The translations under genes were made by a program, and so were the position numbers. Under the pieces are notes generated by a model. It was not told the origin of the DNA and searched no databases. It was given only the letters and a program-made list of their open reading frames with translations. From an uncultured Verrucomicrobiae bacterium (GTDB taxonomy: Bacteria > Chlamydiota > Chlamydiia > Chlamydiales > Rhabdochlamydiaceae), in assembly GCA_963806855.1 (NCBI GenBank), contig CAWDYW010000003.1:640001-704000 (forward strand): 64,000 bases of DNA, given 5' to 3'. This document shows, piece by piece, positions 21,486 through 32,106 of this stretch. Positions within the stretch are counted from its first letter, which is position 1. Each line of letters starts with the position of its first letter.

Positions 21486-22379
21486 ATGGAACATAAAGTT
21501 GGGTTTATTGGACTTGGTCACATGGGTCTTCCCATGGCAGAAAACGTTCTAAAAGCTGGATTCCCTTTTTGGGTTTACAATCGGACAAAAGAAAAAGCGG
21601 CTCCTTTACTTGACAAGGGAGGCCAGTGGGCAGCAACTCCTGCTGAACTGGCGAGCTTATGTGACATTGTGATCTCCATGGTAGCAAATGATGCGGCCTT
21701 AAATGAGATTGTACATGGGCCATCAGGGATACTGTCCTCTTCTAAAAAGCCTATCGTTCATATCTCGATGAGTACGGTTTCGCCAAATCTGATTGCTGGT
21801 TTAGAAAAGCAACATCAAGAGGCGGGGATTGCATTTCTAGCAGCTCCTGTAACTGGACGGCCGGATCGTGCAAAAGAGGGGAGTTTATGGATTTTTTTAG
21901 CCGGGGATTCCAAAGCTAAAAAAATGGCTTCTCCAATTTTGGAGGCAATGAGTACTAAGATTTTCGATTTAGGGGAACATGCAGCGCAGGCATTGCTATT
22001 TAAACTGTGTAACAATTTCATGTTAATCAGTCTAGTTGAAGCTTTTTCGGAAGCCGCGAGCATGCTAGAAAAAGGTGGAATCTCCACTTCAAAAGCAGCT
22101 GAGATATGGGGAAGTTCCTTATTTGACGCCCCCGCTTTTCATAGCTACACCCCGATGATCCGTAAGGGTAATTTCGCAGATGGAGGGTTTGCCTTGAAGC
22201 TTGGGTTAAAGGATATGCGGCTTCTACAAGACTGTGCTGACAAAGCTCAGGTTCCCATGCCCTTCCTTTCTGATGTTCATGAAAAGATGCTGACTTGTAT
22301 GAATTTAGGCAGGGCTGACTATGATTGGTCCACAATCGCTCTCTTGACGAGCGAATTAGCCGGGATAAAATATACATAA
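21486..22379 (+). CDS. NAD(P)-dependent beta-hydroxyacid dehydrogenase
   Basis: GFIGLGHMG, YNRT, STVSP, APVTG, KLCNN, LKDM. Confidence 0.9.
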   Translation: MEHKVGFIGLGHMGLPMAENVLKAGFPFWVYNRTKEKAAPLLDKGGQWAATPAELASLCDIVISMVANDAALNEIVHGPSGILSSSKKPIVHISMSTVSPNLIAGLEKQHQEAGIAFLAAPVTGRPDRAKEGSLWIFLAGDSKAKKMASPILEAMSTKIFDLGEHAAQALLFKLCNNFMLISLVEAFSEAASMLEKGGISTSKAAEIWGSSLFDAPAFHSYTPMIRKGNFADGGFALKLGLKDMRLLQDCADKAQVPMPFLSDVHEKMLTCMNLGRADYDWSTIALLTSELAGIKYT

Positions 22380-22391
22380 TGTGCGCTTTCG

Positions 22392-22486
22392 GGCCTTATC
22401 TGATAAGGGCTTTCGATATGCTTCTAAAGCCCACTGTTCTAATTTTTTTGCGCGGATTATAATTTTTTATTGAAAATTTCCATTGA
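22392..22486 (-). repeat. Collapsed remnant copy of the aldo/keto reductase gene at 24016..25011
   Basis: cttatctgat matches the stop region at 24015; taagggctttcgata..ctaaagcccactgttctaatttttttgcgc matches 24232-24281; aaatttccattg resembles the start region near 25002. Confidence 0.75.
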
Positions 22487-22505
22487 TCGACAATTTCCCC
22501 CACCT

Positions 22506-23714
22506 CTATATCGAAAGCTCATCCAAATAGCTCACAGCATCCAGCGCAGCCATAGCTCCCGAGCCGGCTGCAATCACTACTCGCCCGTAGGAAACATCGC
22601 TCACATCACCTGCAGCAAAGACCCCAGGAACCTTTGTGCTGGTTTTTTTACCATCAATGATAATTTGCCCTTTAGGCGAAATTTCTAACTGATCTTTAAA
22701 CAATTCTGAATTTGGCTTACCGCCGATCGCCACAAGCAGAATATCAGCGGGTATTTCATAGGTACTATTCGTTTGCTCATTTTTCAACACAACGCCTGTG
22801 AATAATCCTTTGGAGACATCTAAAACATCTTGCACTTTTGTCTTATAGATAATTTGTATCTTTTTATTGTTCATCACAAGATCTTGGTGAAACTTCGAGG
22901 CGTTAAAAGTGCCGCTGCGATTTACCAGAGTCACTTTTTTGGCTACCGCAGACAAAAAATGCGCTTCTTGCAAAGCAGCATGCCCTCCACCTATGACGAC
23001 CACGTTTTTGTCTTTAAAATTTGTTTCTTTACAAAATGAGGCCGCCACCACCCCGCGTTCTCTTAAAGCTTGTTCATTAGGGAGTCCTAACCATTGTTTG
23101 TCAACGCCTGAGGCAATAATTAGAGTTTTGGCATAAATGGTTTGACCTCCAGAAAGTTCGATTCTAAAAGGACGATTCTGTAAATCAACTTCTACAACAG
23201 AAGCTTCTTGAAATCGGGCGCCAAATGTTTTGGCTTGCGATCTAAACCGATTTAACAAGTCTTCGCCCTCAATTTCTTCCAACATGCCAGGGTAGTTGTC
23301 AATCGTGTGAATCAAGGCCATTTGTGCTTTGCAATCATCATCCTGAATCACAAGGGGGCGACGGTTGGCTTGCGCGGTAAAAATAGCAGCGGACGATCCT
23401 GCTGCACCGGATCCTAAAATGACAACTTCTTCGACTTTGCTCGCATCAATCGCCCTGGTAGCCGCATAAGTTCCGGAAGTAAAGTATTTAATCAAATTAG
23501 CAAGGGATAAAAACGTAATAATCGACAAACTTGCAATTAAACTGACAGGTCCAGAAAAAGCAGATGCTGCAATTACTCCGCCCCCACATGCAGTTGTCAA
23601 CATTACAGAACCAATGATGTGGATTTTATGTGTATTCCAGTTTTTTTGAAAGCCTTCATTTAAGAAATTTAGTTGGTTTTCAGCTGGACTATTTGCTGGA
23701 ATAACGACTGGCAT
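22506..23714 (-). CDS. Thioredoxin reductase-like flavoprotein with an N-terminal bilobed hydrophobic extension; CxxC degenerate
   Basis: GSGAAG, IDNYPG, IIASG, GGGHAA, GVFAAGDV; ASFC in place of CATC. Confidence 0.85.
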   Translation of the reverse strand: MPVVIPANSPAENQLNFLNEGFQKNWNTHKIHIIGSVMLTTACGGGVIAASAFSGPVSLIASLSIITFLSLANLIKYFTSGTYAATRAIDASKVEEVVILGSGAAGSSAAIFTAQANRRPLVIQDDDCKAQMALIHTIDNYPGMLEEIEGEDLLNRFRSQAKTFGARFQEASVVEVDLQNRPFRIELSGGQTIYAKTLIIASGVDKQWLGLPNEQALRERGVVAASFCKETNFKDKNVVVIGGGHAALQEAHFLSAVAKKVTLVNRSGTFNASKFHQDLVMNNKKIQIIYKTKVQDVLDVSKGLFTGVVLKNEQTNSTYEIPADILLVAIGGKPNSELFKDQLEISPKGQIIIDGKKTSTKVPGVFAAGDVSDVSYGRVVIAAGSGAMAALDAVSYLDELSI

Positions 23715-23950
23715 AAGCACCTCTATTATTTATTTTATTACAAATCTAGTCATTGCTTTTATTTAAAAAAAGCTAACGCATGAAATATGACAATATAATA
23801 CAATATGTGTAGATATAAATCTGTACACAACTTTATTTAAGGAGGCAATTGCAAACGGCGTTGTTGCGTAATTTAACTCTCTGAAAATCAAAAAAATTAT
23901 ATCGTCAGGCGAAATCCGTAGAAACCCTAAAGAGAAAGGCTTGAAGTACT

Positions 23951-24002
23951 TGTAGCCAAGCCGATGCCGTCGAAAACCGATTCTTCAAGTTGCTTCGGTA
24001 TA
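23951..24002 (-). mobile_element. Palindromic element family A, one-arm fragment
   Basis: tgtagccaagccgatgccgtcgaaaaccgattcttcaagttgcttcggtata matches one arm of the full copies. Confidence 0.75.
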
Positions 24003-24015
24003 ACGGGTTCAGGGC

Positions 24016-25011
24016 TTATCTGATTTTGTCACGGCTGGGAGGGGCCATAAATTCTGGTCCGACAGGGGAGGGGATTGTTTCCTGCAAAATCTGATCGATT
24101 TCAATGAAGTCGGTTTCTTTTAATTTCCAACCCCAGACGGTCTCTATTCCTTCCATTTGACCAGGATTGCGAGCGCCCCATAGCGCAATATTGATTCCCT
24201 TATCAAGGGCCCAGCGCACGGCGAGTGCAAGTAAGGGCTTTCGATACGAATCTAAAGCCCACTGTTCTAATTTTTTTGCGCAACGAAGATAATCCGAATA
24301 GCGCGGCTCCGCAAACTTAGGGTCTACTTGACGTAAGTCATCTCCCTTAAAATGCCTGCTTTTATCCATTTTGCCGCTTAAAAGCCCACGGCATAATGAC
24401 CCATATCCGAAAGTAGCCAATCCTTTTTGAATGCAGTAGGCCAATTCCTTATTTTCTATTTCTCTTTCAAAGAGGTTGAATGGGGATTGAAGTGAATGAA
24501 GCGGGGCATAGTTTTGAAATTGGTTCATCTGTTGTACAGAAAAATTACTGACTCCGATTGCGCCGATTTTTCCATGATCTAATAGTTGTTTTAGAGCTTC
24601 TGCGGTCTCTGCAATCGGCGTTAAAGGGTCTGGCCAATGAAGTTGATAGACATCGATAAATTCTACCTGGAGCCTCTTAAGAGATGCCTCGATCTCTCTG
24701 ACTACAATCTCTTTCCTGGCATCTCGATAAACTGCTTGATTTTTCCAACTCAGACCTACCTTGGTCGCGATGACGATCTGCTCTCTTTTCTCATAGAGTT
24801 TAAGAGCTTTTCCCACAATTTCTTCAGAAAGTCCAAACCCATAGGCAGGGGCGGTGTCTATTAAATTAATGCCAAGGTCAAATGCTCGATGGATTGTGGC
24901 AATTGCATTTTTTTCATCCGTCCCTCCCCACATCCAACCCCCAATAGCCCAGGTTCCTAAACCAACTCGTGAGATTTTTTTATTTAGATTAGGGATATTG
25001 GTAAATTCCAT
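24016..25011 (-). CDS. Aldo/keto reductase
   Basis: GLGTWAIGG, IDTAPAYG, ATK, YQLHWPD, IGVSNF. Confidence 0.93.
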   Translation of the reverse strand: MEFTNIPNLNKKISRVGLGTWAIGGWMWGGTDEKNAIATIHRAFDLGINLIDTAPAYGFGLSEEIVGKALKLYEKREQIVIATKVGLSWKNQAVYRDARKEIVVREIEASLKRLQVEFIDVYQLHWPDPLTPIAETAEALKQLLDHGKIGAIGVSNFSVQQMNQFQNYAPLHSLQSPFNLFEREIENKELAYCIQKGLATFGYGSLCRGLLSGKMDKSRHFKGDDLRQVDPKFAEPRYSDYLRCAKKLEQWALDSYRKPLLALAVRWALDKGINIALWGARNPGQMEGIETVWGWKLKETDFIEIDQILQETIPSPVGPEFMAPPSRDKIR

Positions 25012-25084
25012 TGGACCTCCAAAAAATATCGCTTACGTATATAATCTATTAGGCATATAGAAAATAATTTTTGCAAGAGCAGGC

Positions 25085-26123
25085 ATGCAAGAGAAACATC
25101 CCCTTTCAGACCTAATCATTATTAGTTGCCTAAGGTCCAATTATGGCATAGAAGTCGCTGCCCTTACATTTCTCCCTCTGGGCGCAGATATGAATGCCTC
25201 GGTATATAAAGCTCAGACACTTGACCACAAGTCTTATTTCATAAAGCTTAAAACATGGGCACCATCATGATACCAGCGTTGACATGGTAGAGCTTTTACA
25301 GAGCGCTGGGATTCGACAGATTATTCCTCCTGTTAAGACAATTCATGGCAGGACAACTCAGCGTATTGATGATTTTACTCTCATTGTATACCCATTTATT
25401 GATGGACAGGATGGATTCAATCGTAATCTAACGGATGATCAATGGACTAAACTCGGCAAAGCGTTAAGACAGGTCCACGAAATTGAAGTGCCGCAACCCA
25501 TCCAAAACCGAATTCGGCGAGAGACTTACTCACGCAAAATGGCGCGAGATCGTTCGATCGATCTACGATCATATTGAAGCCGAGCCGATTGCCGATGAGA
25601 TAGGCTTTAAAATTACAAAAGTTTATGAAGAAGAATATGCTGGCCATTCGCAGACTCGTAGATCGTGCAGAACAACTAGGAGGAAAACTCCAGTGCCAAT
25701 CGCCTAAATTCGTGCTGTGTCATTCTGATATTCATGCTGGCAATGTACTGATAGAGGGAAATAATGACGATCTACATAGTGGACTGGGATGAGCCTATCA
25801 TGGCGCCAAAAGAACGAGATCTCATGTTTATTGGCGGCGGCGTTGGGAATGTTTGGAATAAGCCGCATGAGGAAAAACTTTTTTATAAAGGTTATGGAAA
25901 AACTGAAATTGATTCGACAATCCTAGCCTATTACCGACATGAACGAATCGTAGAAGACATTGCCGAGTACAGTCAGGAGTTGCTTTTGACTACAGCCAGA
26001 GGCAAGGACAGGCCAGAAATGTACAGGCAGTTCACGGGCATGTTTGAACCCCAAGGCGTGGTAGACATAGCCTTCAAAACTGACGAAGGCTTACCTTGGG
26101 TACAATCCGATTCTAAAGGCTGA
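25085..26123 (+). CDS. APH(9)-like (spectinomycin) aminoglycoside phosphotransferase; several frameshifts
   Basis: Fragments give LGAD..YFIKLK, QWTKLGKALRQVH, KWREIVRS, VLCHSDIHAGNVL, IVDWDEP..APKERDLMFIGGGVGNVWNKPHE and YYRHERIVEDIA, recalling Legionella APH(9)-Ia. Confidence 0.8.
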
Positions 26124-26159
26124 TCCGGAAGGATCAGCCTTGATTTGGAGGTGTAGAGA
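26116..26159 (-). repeat. Displaced tmRNA 3'-end fragment (att-like) with a terminator hairpin
   Basis: atttggaggtgtagaga at 26143-26159 has 1 mismatch to the ssrA 3' end; adjacent hairpin aaggctgatcc-ggaa-ggatcagcctt. Confidence 0.7.
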
Positions 26160-26292
26160 CGCATTCAGAACTTTTCTGTGGAAGAAAGTTCACGATTCAT
26201 TTCTTTCATTGGTTTCTCGTGACTTCCCGATTGCCCTCTTTTTGAACTATTCGGAAATTCCGAATAGTTGCCGCAGAGAGAGTCTCGAAGAT

Positions 26293-27096
26293 CTAGTGGT
26301 CAGTCACTGAGCGCAAAAAAGTTTGGACGACGGCCGAAAAACGCTCGGGCTGGTCATACGGAACCCCATGACCAGCTTCCTCGATCTGTACGACCTCCAA
26401 GCGTTGATTGAGCCCAGCGAGTTCTGCGGCCATCTCAGGAGAGACTACTGAGCCAACATCACCGACGACGAGCAGGCTCGGAACATCGAGAGTGTTGATC
26501 AGCTGCACGTAGTCAGGGTTCGGCGGCGTCAAAACTTCGAAGGCACGAATGCTAGTTTGAAATCTTGCCTGCGCGAATAGTTCGATGACCTCGCGTGAGC
26601 GGCGGCTGTGTCGGACCCGCATCTCAGCCAAAAGATCCTCCCTTGGCCGGTTGAGAATTCGGCGATGCTGATCCGCGACATCACTCTCGTGAACTTCACG
26701 CTGACGTTGCGGCGTCAAGAAGGTTGGATCGGCCAAGACAAGCCCTCGCAGTCGCTTGGGGTTCCGACTGGCGACCACAGCCGCCGTCATGCCTCCCATA
26801 GAATGGCCAAGTAGCACTGGGGTGGCGAGTCCGAGCGCGTCGATAAGGCTCACGACATCGGCGGCGAGGTCGTCATAGCGATAGCCATGGTCCGGGGCGC
26901 TGGAGTTCCCGTGGCCCCGAGCATCCGGCATGACAACGTCGTAATCCTTCTCCAGCGCCCGCGCCAAAGGAGTCCAGCACGCTCCATTCGCCATTAGCCC
27001 ATGCAGCAGAACAACAGGAGGTTTGTCGCCGCCGGTTCGGAGGTAGTGCACGTCAATCCCATTTGCTTCACAGGTCCCCGTTGTCCAGCCAGCCAT
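26293..27096 (-). CDS. Alpha/beta hydrolase, visibly more GC-rich than its neighbours
   Basis: LLHG, DARGHG, GHSMGG, AGH motifs; GGAG RBS before MAGWTT. Confidence 0.88.
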   Translation of the reverse strand: MAGWTTGTCEANGIDVHYLRTGGDKPPVVLLHGLMANGACWTPLARALEKDYDVVMPDARGHGNSSAPDHGYRYDDLAADVVSLIDALGLATPVLLGHSMGGMTAAVVASRNPKRLRGLVLADPTFLTPQRQREVHESDVADQHRRILNRPREDLLAEMRVRHSRRSREVIELFAQARFQTSIRAFEVLTPPNPDYVQLINTLDVPSLLVVGDVGSVVSPEMAAELAGLNQRLEVVQIEEAGHGVPYDQPERFSAVVQTFLRSVTDH

Positions 27097-27136
27097 TGCT
27101 CCCTCTATCAATAAAGACTTGGTTCAAATATTAGAT

Positions 27137-27298
27137 ATACCGAAACAGCCTGAAGAATCGGTTTTTGGCATCGTCGGCTTGGCTACAAATTTTGGGTCTT
27201 CGCTTGCGCCTTGTTCTCGAACAATGTCGCTCGCTCCAGACCCCAAAATTTGTGCCGCCTCCTTGCCAAATTCCCGATTTTTCAGGTTGTTTCGGTAT
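27137..27298 (+). mobile_element. Palindromic element family A, 162 bp
   Basis: ataccgaaacagcctgaagaatcgg ... ccgatttttcaggttgtttcggtat. Confidence 0.9.
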
Positions 27299-27367
27299 AT
27301 GCTAGACATATAGAGAATAATTATCGAGAAATGATTTTAATGTTCGGAAAATCGGCAGCTGTGGCAT

Positions 27368-27388
27368 AATACCCAGAAACTGGGTATT
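27368..27388. promoter_or_regulatory. Putative PadR operator
   Basis: Perfect inverted repeat AATACCCAG-aaa-CTGGGTATT 3 nt before the padR ATG, overlapping a CATAAT -10-like box. Confidence 0.6.
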
Positions 27389-27391
27389 TTC

Positions 27392-27916
27392 ATGAGATTA
27401 GTCAATAAAACAAAATTTGCAATTTTAGGGATGCTCCTCGAGGGCCCCAGCACGGGATACGAGATCAAGTCGCTTATGAGTCGATCGACTGTCTATTTCT
27501 GGCGCGAGTCCGATTCGACGATCTATCCGATGTTGAAGGTGCTCTCGAAGGAGGGAAAAGTGCTTTCCAAGATCGTCTATGTCGGAAAGAAAAAGAAAGA
27601 GGTCTTTTCAATTACGGAGACGGGACGAGCAGAATTTAAGGCTTGGCTCGAGAGTCCGACGGGAGAGGAAACCCCGCGCAACGAGTTTCTTCTCAAACTC
27701 TTTTTCGTTACAGATCGAGAGGAGATGATGCGGCTGTTTCAAGAAAGGTTGGAAAGAGCCGAAAAGACCTACGAAGAATATAAGAAAATTGAACAGAGGC
27801 TAGAGAACCTGGCCGATTCTCCCCAGAAAGCGATCCGCCTCAAAGCTTTGAGATACGGGATCGCTCACCTTGCATTAGAAATTCAATGGTTAAAACAGGA
27901 GCAATCTTATGATTAG
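27392..27916 (+). CDS. PadR-family transcriptional regulator
   Basis: AILGML..TGYEIK..FW..TIYPML..ITETGR..WL..EFLLKLFF. Confidence 0.9.
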   Translation: MRLVNKTKFAILGMLLEGPSTGYEIKSLMSRSTVYFWRESDSTIYPMLKVLSKEGKVLSKIVYVGKKKKEVFSITETGRAEFKAWLESPTGEETPRNEFLLKLFFVTDREEMMRLFQERLERAEKTYEEYKKIEQRLENLADSPQKAIRLKALRYGIAHLALEIQWLKQEQSYD

Positions 27917-30499
27917 GAATTTTGTTTGCCCTTCAAAATGTGCTCTTACAAGTGATCTTGGCAAGATTACAGTTCATGGCGCAAGAGAGCATAATTTAAA
28001 AAATATTTGCTTCGAGGTTCCTAAAGGAAAATTGGTTGCATTAACTGGCCCCTCTGGATCGGGTAAATCCTCGATTGCAGTCGAGGTCCTGCAGAAAGAG
28101 TGCCTGAGACAATTATTGGAGTCACTTGGGATGACCACGGATCATATCTCAAAGGCAAAGGTGGATCATATCATTGGGTTATCTCCTTCCATCGGGGTTT
28201 CTCAGCGTGTGACAGATTTTAATCCTCGCTCTACTGTCGGTACAAAAACAGGTATCCTCACAATTCTGAGGAGCTTGTTTGCCTCTATCGGACATCAGCC
28301 ATGTCGGGGCTGTGGGAAAACCGTGAAACAACCTGACAAAAATAAACTGACAACGATTGAAACAGAGGAGCAAGTCGGTTCTTCTTCTAAGAAAAGAACA
28401 CGAAGTTATTTTGATTGTCCACATTGCGGTCAGCAGCTCGAGAAGTTGAAAATGGCCCATTTTTCTTTCAATGCAACATCTGGGGCATGCGAGGCTTGTA
28501 AGGGGGTAGGTGAAATGATCGGTGTCGATATCCCCAATTTACTCAATGTTGAAAAAACCATTAAAAATGGCGGGGTGAATATTTGGGATGAGGCGGTTGC
28601 AGAGTATTACGAGGGCATCATCCTAGCTGCAGCTAAGTATTATCATTTTCCTTTTGACACGAGCTTAAGATACAAAATTACACGAAAGAGCAAAGAGACT
28701 TTTTACTCTACGGGGTGACTTTTCCGGATTTTGTCAAGGCGCACAAGAATATAAAAGAGCCGAAAAAGGTTAGTGAGGGGAAGTTTGAAGGCATCGTTCC
28801 CTATTTGTTGAGCCGCTATAAGAGTAATCCAACTAAACTTCCAATTGCGATCACGAAATATATCTCACATGAGCCCTGTCTTGAGTGCCACAATGCACGT
28901 TTAGGGAAAATTGGGAGGGAAGTCACTGTCGCTGGAAAGACGATAATAGAGGTGGCGGGGCTTAATCTCTGCGAACTGCTTAATTGGGTTACTGCATTGG
29001 AAAGCCAAGTTTCAGAGGATGAATTGCAGGTTCTTGCAACCCTTTCGAGTGCGATAAAAGACCGAACCTCAAATTTAGTAGAAGTGGGGTTACACTACCT
29101 CACTTTGGACCGGACGCTCCCCTCGCTATCTGCTGGAGAGTCGCAAAGACTTAAATTAGCCTGTGTGCTGGGTAGTGGACTCACAGGAGTTTTGTACGTT
29201 TTAGATGAGCCAACAACAGGTCTACACCCCCATGATACGGCAAAATTATTAAAAACAATGAGGATGATCCAAGAAGCTGGGAACACGGTTTTAATCATTG
29301 AGCATGACCCGGATGTCATCAAGAATGTCGATTACATCATAGATGTAGGACCTGGTGGAGGGCGCAAAGGGGGTGAAATTGTGGTTTCTGGCACACCTGC
29401 CGAAGTCATGGCCTGCGCGACATCCATTACTGGCAAATACTTGGCTAGGAAATGCCCGGCCTTCTAAATCGCCCTCGTCCCCGTGAGGGTAAGGTGCTGA
29501 CGATTCGTGGTGCTAGCGAACATAATCTAAAAGGGGTCGATGTGAATATCCCTGTGAACCAGCTTGTGGTGCTGACAGGGGTGTCGGGCTCAGGAAAATC
29601 GACTTTTTTATTTGGCATCTTGGACAAGGTCGCGAGGAAGTATTTTAATCATGCAAGTGCAGACCCAGGCAAGTATGCTTCTGTCCATGGGTTAGAGCAT
29701 TTTAATCGAATCGTCACCGTCGACCAAGTCACGATAAGGAACACACAATCCTCCCGCTCCAATGTAGCCACCTACACAAAACTCTTCGACTTGATTCGAG
29801 ATCTATTTGCCTCTTTGCCGGAAGCAAAAATCCGTGGCTTTGGTGCGGATAAGTTTTCTTTCAATACCTCAGAGCAGCGTTGTGAGAACTGTAATGGGGC
29901 CGGAGTCGTGGCTATCGACATGGCCTTTATGCCCGATGTGGAGATGGAGTGTCCTGTCTGCAATGGAATGCGATTTACTGAAGAATTGTTAGCGGTGAAA
30001 TTTCAAGGGCATCATATCGCCGACATTTTAGATATGACAGTCAGCGAGGCTACTACTGTCTTTCGTGAGCATCAGAATATTTATGCGCTCCTGGATTTGA
30101 TGAAGCAGGTGGGGTTGGAATACTTAAGCCTAGGACAGTCGACCTCGACATTGTCAGGAGGGGAGGCCCAAAGGATTAAATTGGCGAGCTGAATTATCCA
30201 AGTCTGGAAGGGAATCCACATTGTACTTGTTGGATGAGCCAACAACCGGCTTACACCCACAGGAAGTAGAAAAGCTGCTCGACATCTTGAGAAAGCTGGT
30301 ATCTAAAGGAAATACGGTAATCGCAATTGAGCATAATTTAGATGCTATTTGTGAAGCCGATACCATTATAGATTTTGGTCCAGGCGGCGGGACTGCAGGC
30401 GGTGAAATTGTCGCAATCGGCTCACCTCAAGAAGTGGCTGCCAATAAGGAATCGTTAACGGGGCAATCCTTGAAGGCGTACCTATGTCAAAATGGTTGA
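27909..30499 (+). CDS. UvrA-like (UvrA2/DrrC-type) ABC ATPase; three frameshifts near 28668, 29450 and 30187
   Basis: GAREHNLKN, two GxSGSGKS Walker A motifs, Zn-finger CxxC motifs, LSAGESQR and LSGGEAQR, two LDEPTTGLHP. Confidence 0.85.
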
Positions 30500-30603
30500 A
30501 ATAACAGGCAATACGCCTATAGCGACAAAACCACAAACAATTGCTAGGCGGACTATGTTTTCGCAATATCGTTTGCTTTCAGCTTCTGCAAGACACTCAT
30601 TTC

Positions 30604-31710
30604 CTATCCGCCCACTTCAATTGCGATCACAGTGATGTTGTCGAATCCTATCTTAACCGCTTCGCTGACCAGGGCCTTCGCGATGTTTTTTTGGAAGAGC
30701 TCCGAAATGAAGTTGATGATGCGGCTCACTAAAATGCAGAGGCTCTCCCAGATATTGGAACTGTCTTGGGCCCTTTGATTTAACCTTGCTAAACGCTGAG
30801 CAGCTTCTTTTGAATGATTTACTCTTTCGTCTATCACTGCGGCGATCTTATCTTCCTTGACATAGTCTTTTAAGCCATCGCAAGAGAGCACGACGATATC
30901 TCCTTGTTGGAGAGTGCTCATCGTGATTTTTGGCTTTTGACTGATGAGGGTTTTTCCTTCTTTTGTGCCGTGTATGCCATCCCCCATAGCTCGACTTACA
31001 TTGACCCCTGTTAGAGGCTCATAGGGATCATCGGATGGAATCCCACCCGAACGGATGTATTTTTGTTTCCCTGGATTCTTTGTTAGGAAGTTCTTTACTG
31101 AACCTTCCGGTAAATTATGACAGCCCTCAAGGCGAGCAGCGTCTTTTTTGCTCCCCCAATCACGGACGCAGGAAAGGGGAATGGAGACCATCGACTGTCC
31201 GTTCCTCCGGTAGATGTTGGCTTCACTATCGCCCAATGTAGCGGTATAGATAGTTTTGGTCTGTTTATCGATGTATGTGACGACAGCTGTCGTTCCTTGA
31301 TACTTTCCGATGCCCTCTTTGACTTCATCATGGATCTCACGGATTAGATCGTTAAATGTAGTGTAAACATCATGATTATGAGCCTGTAGAGAGGCAAAAA
31401 ATCGACTTTGGAATTGTGCACAAGCATGGTCTGCCATCCCCTCCCCTGAGTGGCCATCAAAAACGCCGGCGAGTATTGCATTTTCTGTTTCACTATAGAA
31501 GCGGGCATCCTCCATTTCAGGTCTAGGTCCTTGATCCTCTGCGATTTGATGCTTGAAGGTAAGCGCGATCCTGTTATCAACATTTGGCAGAAGGGGGCTC
31601 TCCTCAGTAGGGGAGCCAGCAGCTTTAAAGGGGACATAAGAGTGCTCCTTGATAGCCTTCTCGGTATTTTTGAGCATCTTAGCACTATTAGGTTGTTGTA
31701 TTGCGAGCAT
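30604..31710 (-). CDS. PP2C-family Ser/Thr phosphatase, effector-like
   Basis: RPEMED, VFDGH, GTTA, LGDSE, SRAMGD, SCDGL, DNITVI. Confidence 0.88.
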   Translation of the reverse strand: MLAIQQPNSAKMLKNTEKAIKEHSYVPFKAAGSPTEESPLLPNVDNRIALTFKHQIAEDQGPRPEMEDARFYSETENAILAGVFDGHSGEGMADHACAQFQSRFFASLQAHNHDVYTTFNDLIREIHDEVKEGIGKYQGTTAVVTYIDKQTKTIYTATLGDSEANIYRRNGQSMVSIPLSCVRDWGSKKDAARLEGCHNLPEGSVKNFLTKNPGKQKYIRSGGIPSDDPYEPLTGVNVSRAMGDGIHGTKEGKTLISQKPKITMSTLQQGDIVVLSCDGLKDYVKEDKIAAVIDERVNHSKEAAQRLARLNQRAQDSSNIWESLCILVSRIINFISELFQKNIAKALVSEAVKIGFDNITVIAIEVGG

Positions 31711-31895
31711 AATAATCTCTTTATATTAAGTTAATTAATATCTAATTATACAATAAAAAATTTATTAAGTCAATTTAATTATTTAAAAACACATCTACTT
31801 GATAGTTAGTTAATTAAGAGGGGATAATTATAGTCATTTGTCTGCAGGGTTTAGTGGGCTAGCAGCCTGAAGCGCTCTCCTTAAACTGGCTCTTG

Positions 31896-31913
31896 ATTTG
31901 GAGGTGGAGAGAG
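31896..31913 (-). repeat. Displaced tmRNA 3'-end fragment (att-like)
   Basis: atttggaggtggagagag is identical to 36433-36450. Confidence 0.8.
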
Positions 31914-32106
31914 AGCGAAATCACTCAGACTTGAGAGAGGGCATATCGATAATTATGCAAATTTTATGCAGTAGACGAGACAAAACTGAGTAAAACTATT
32001 TTGATTTTTCTGTCTTTAGTGCTATTCTATTGTGATTCTTGTGACAGGCGTGACTCAGGGAGAGCAAGTGTCACAAACTGCGCTAGGCAATCAAGAGAGA
32101 ACTTGG

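Noticed and set aside
27119..27313. Short ORFs on both strands (also 8720..8932, 10278..10520, 41313..41672, 55111..55341)
   Set aside because: They are translations of palindromic elements, with no independent evidence of being genes.
27909..30499. Programmed ribosomal frameshifting in the uvrA-like gene
   Set aside because: Three shifts of mixed direction with no canonical slippery heptamers; error or decay is simpler.
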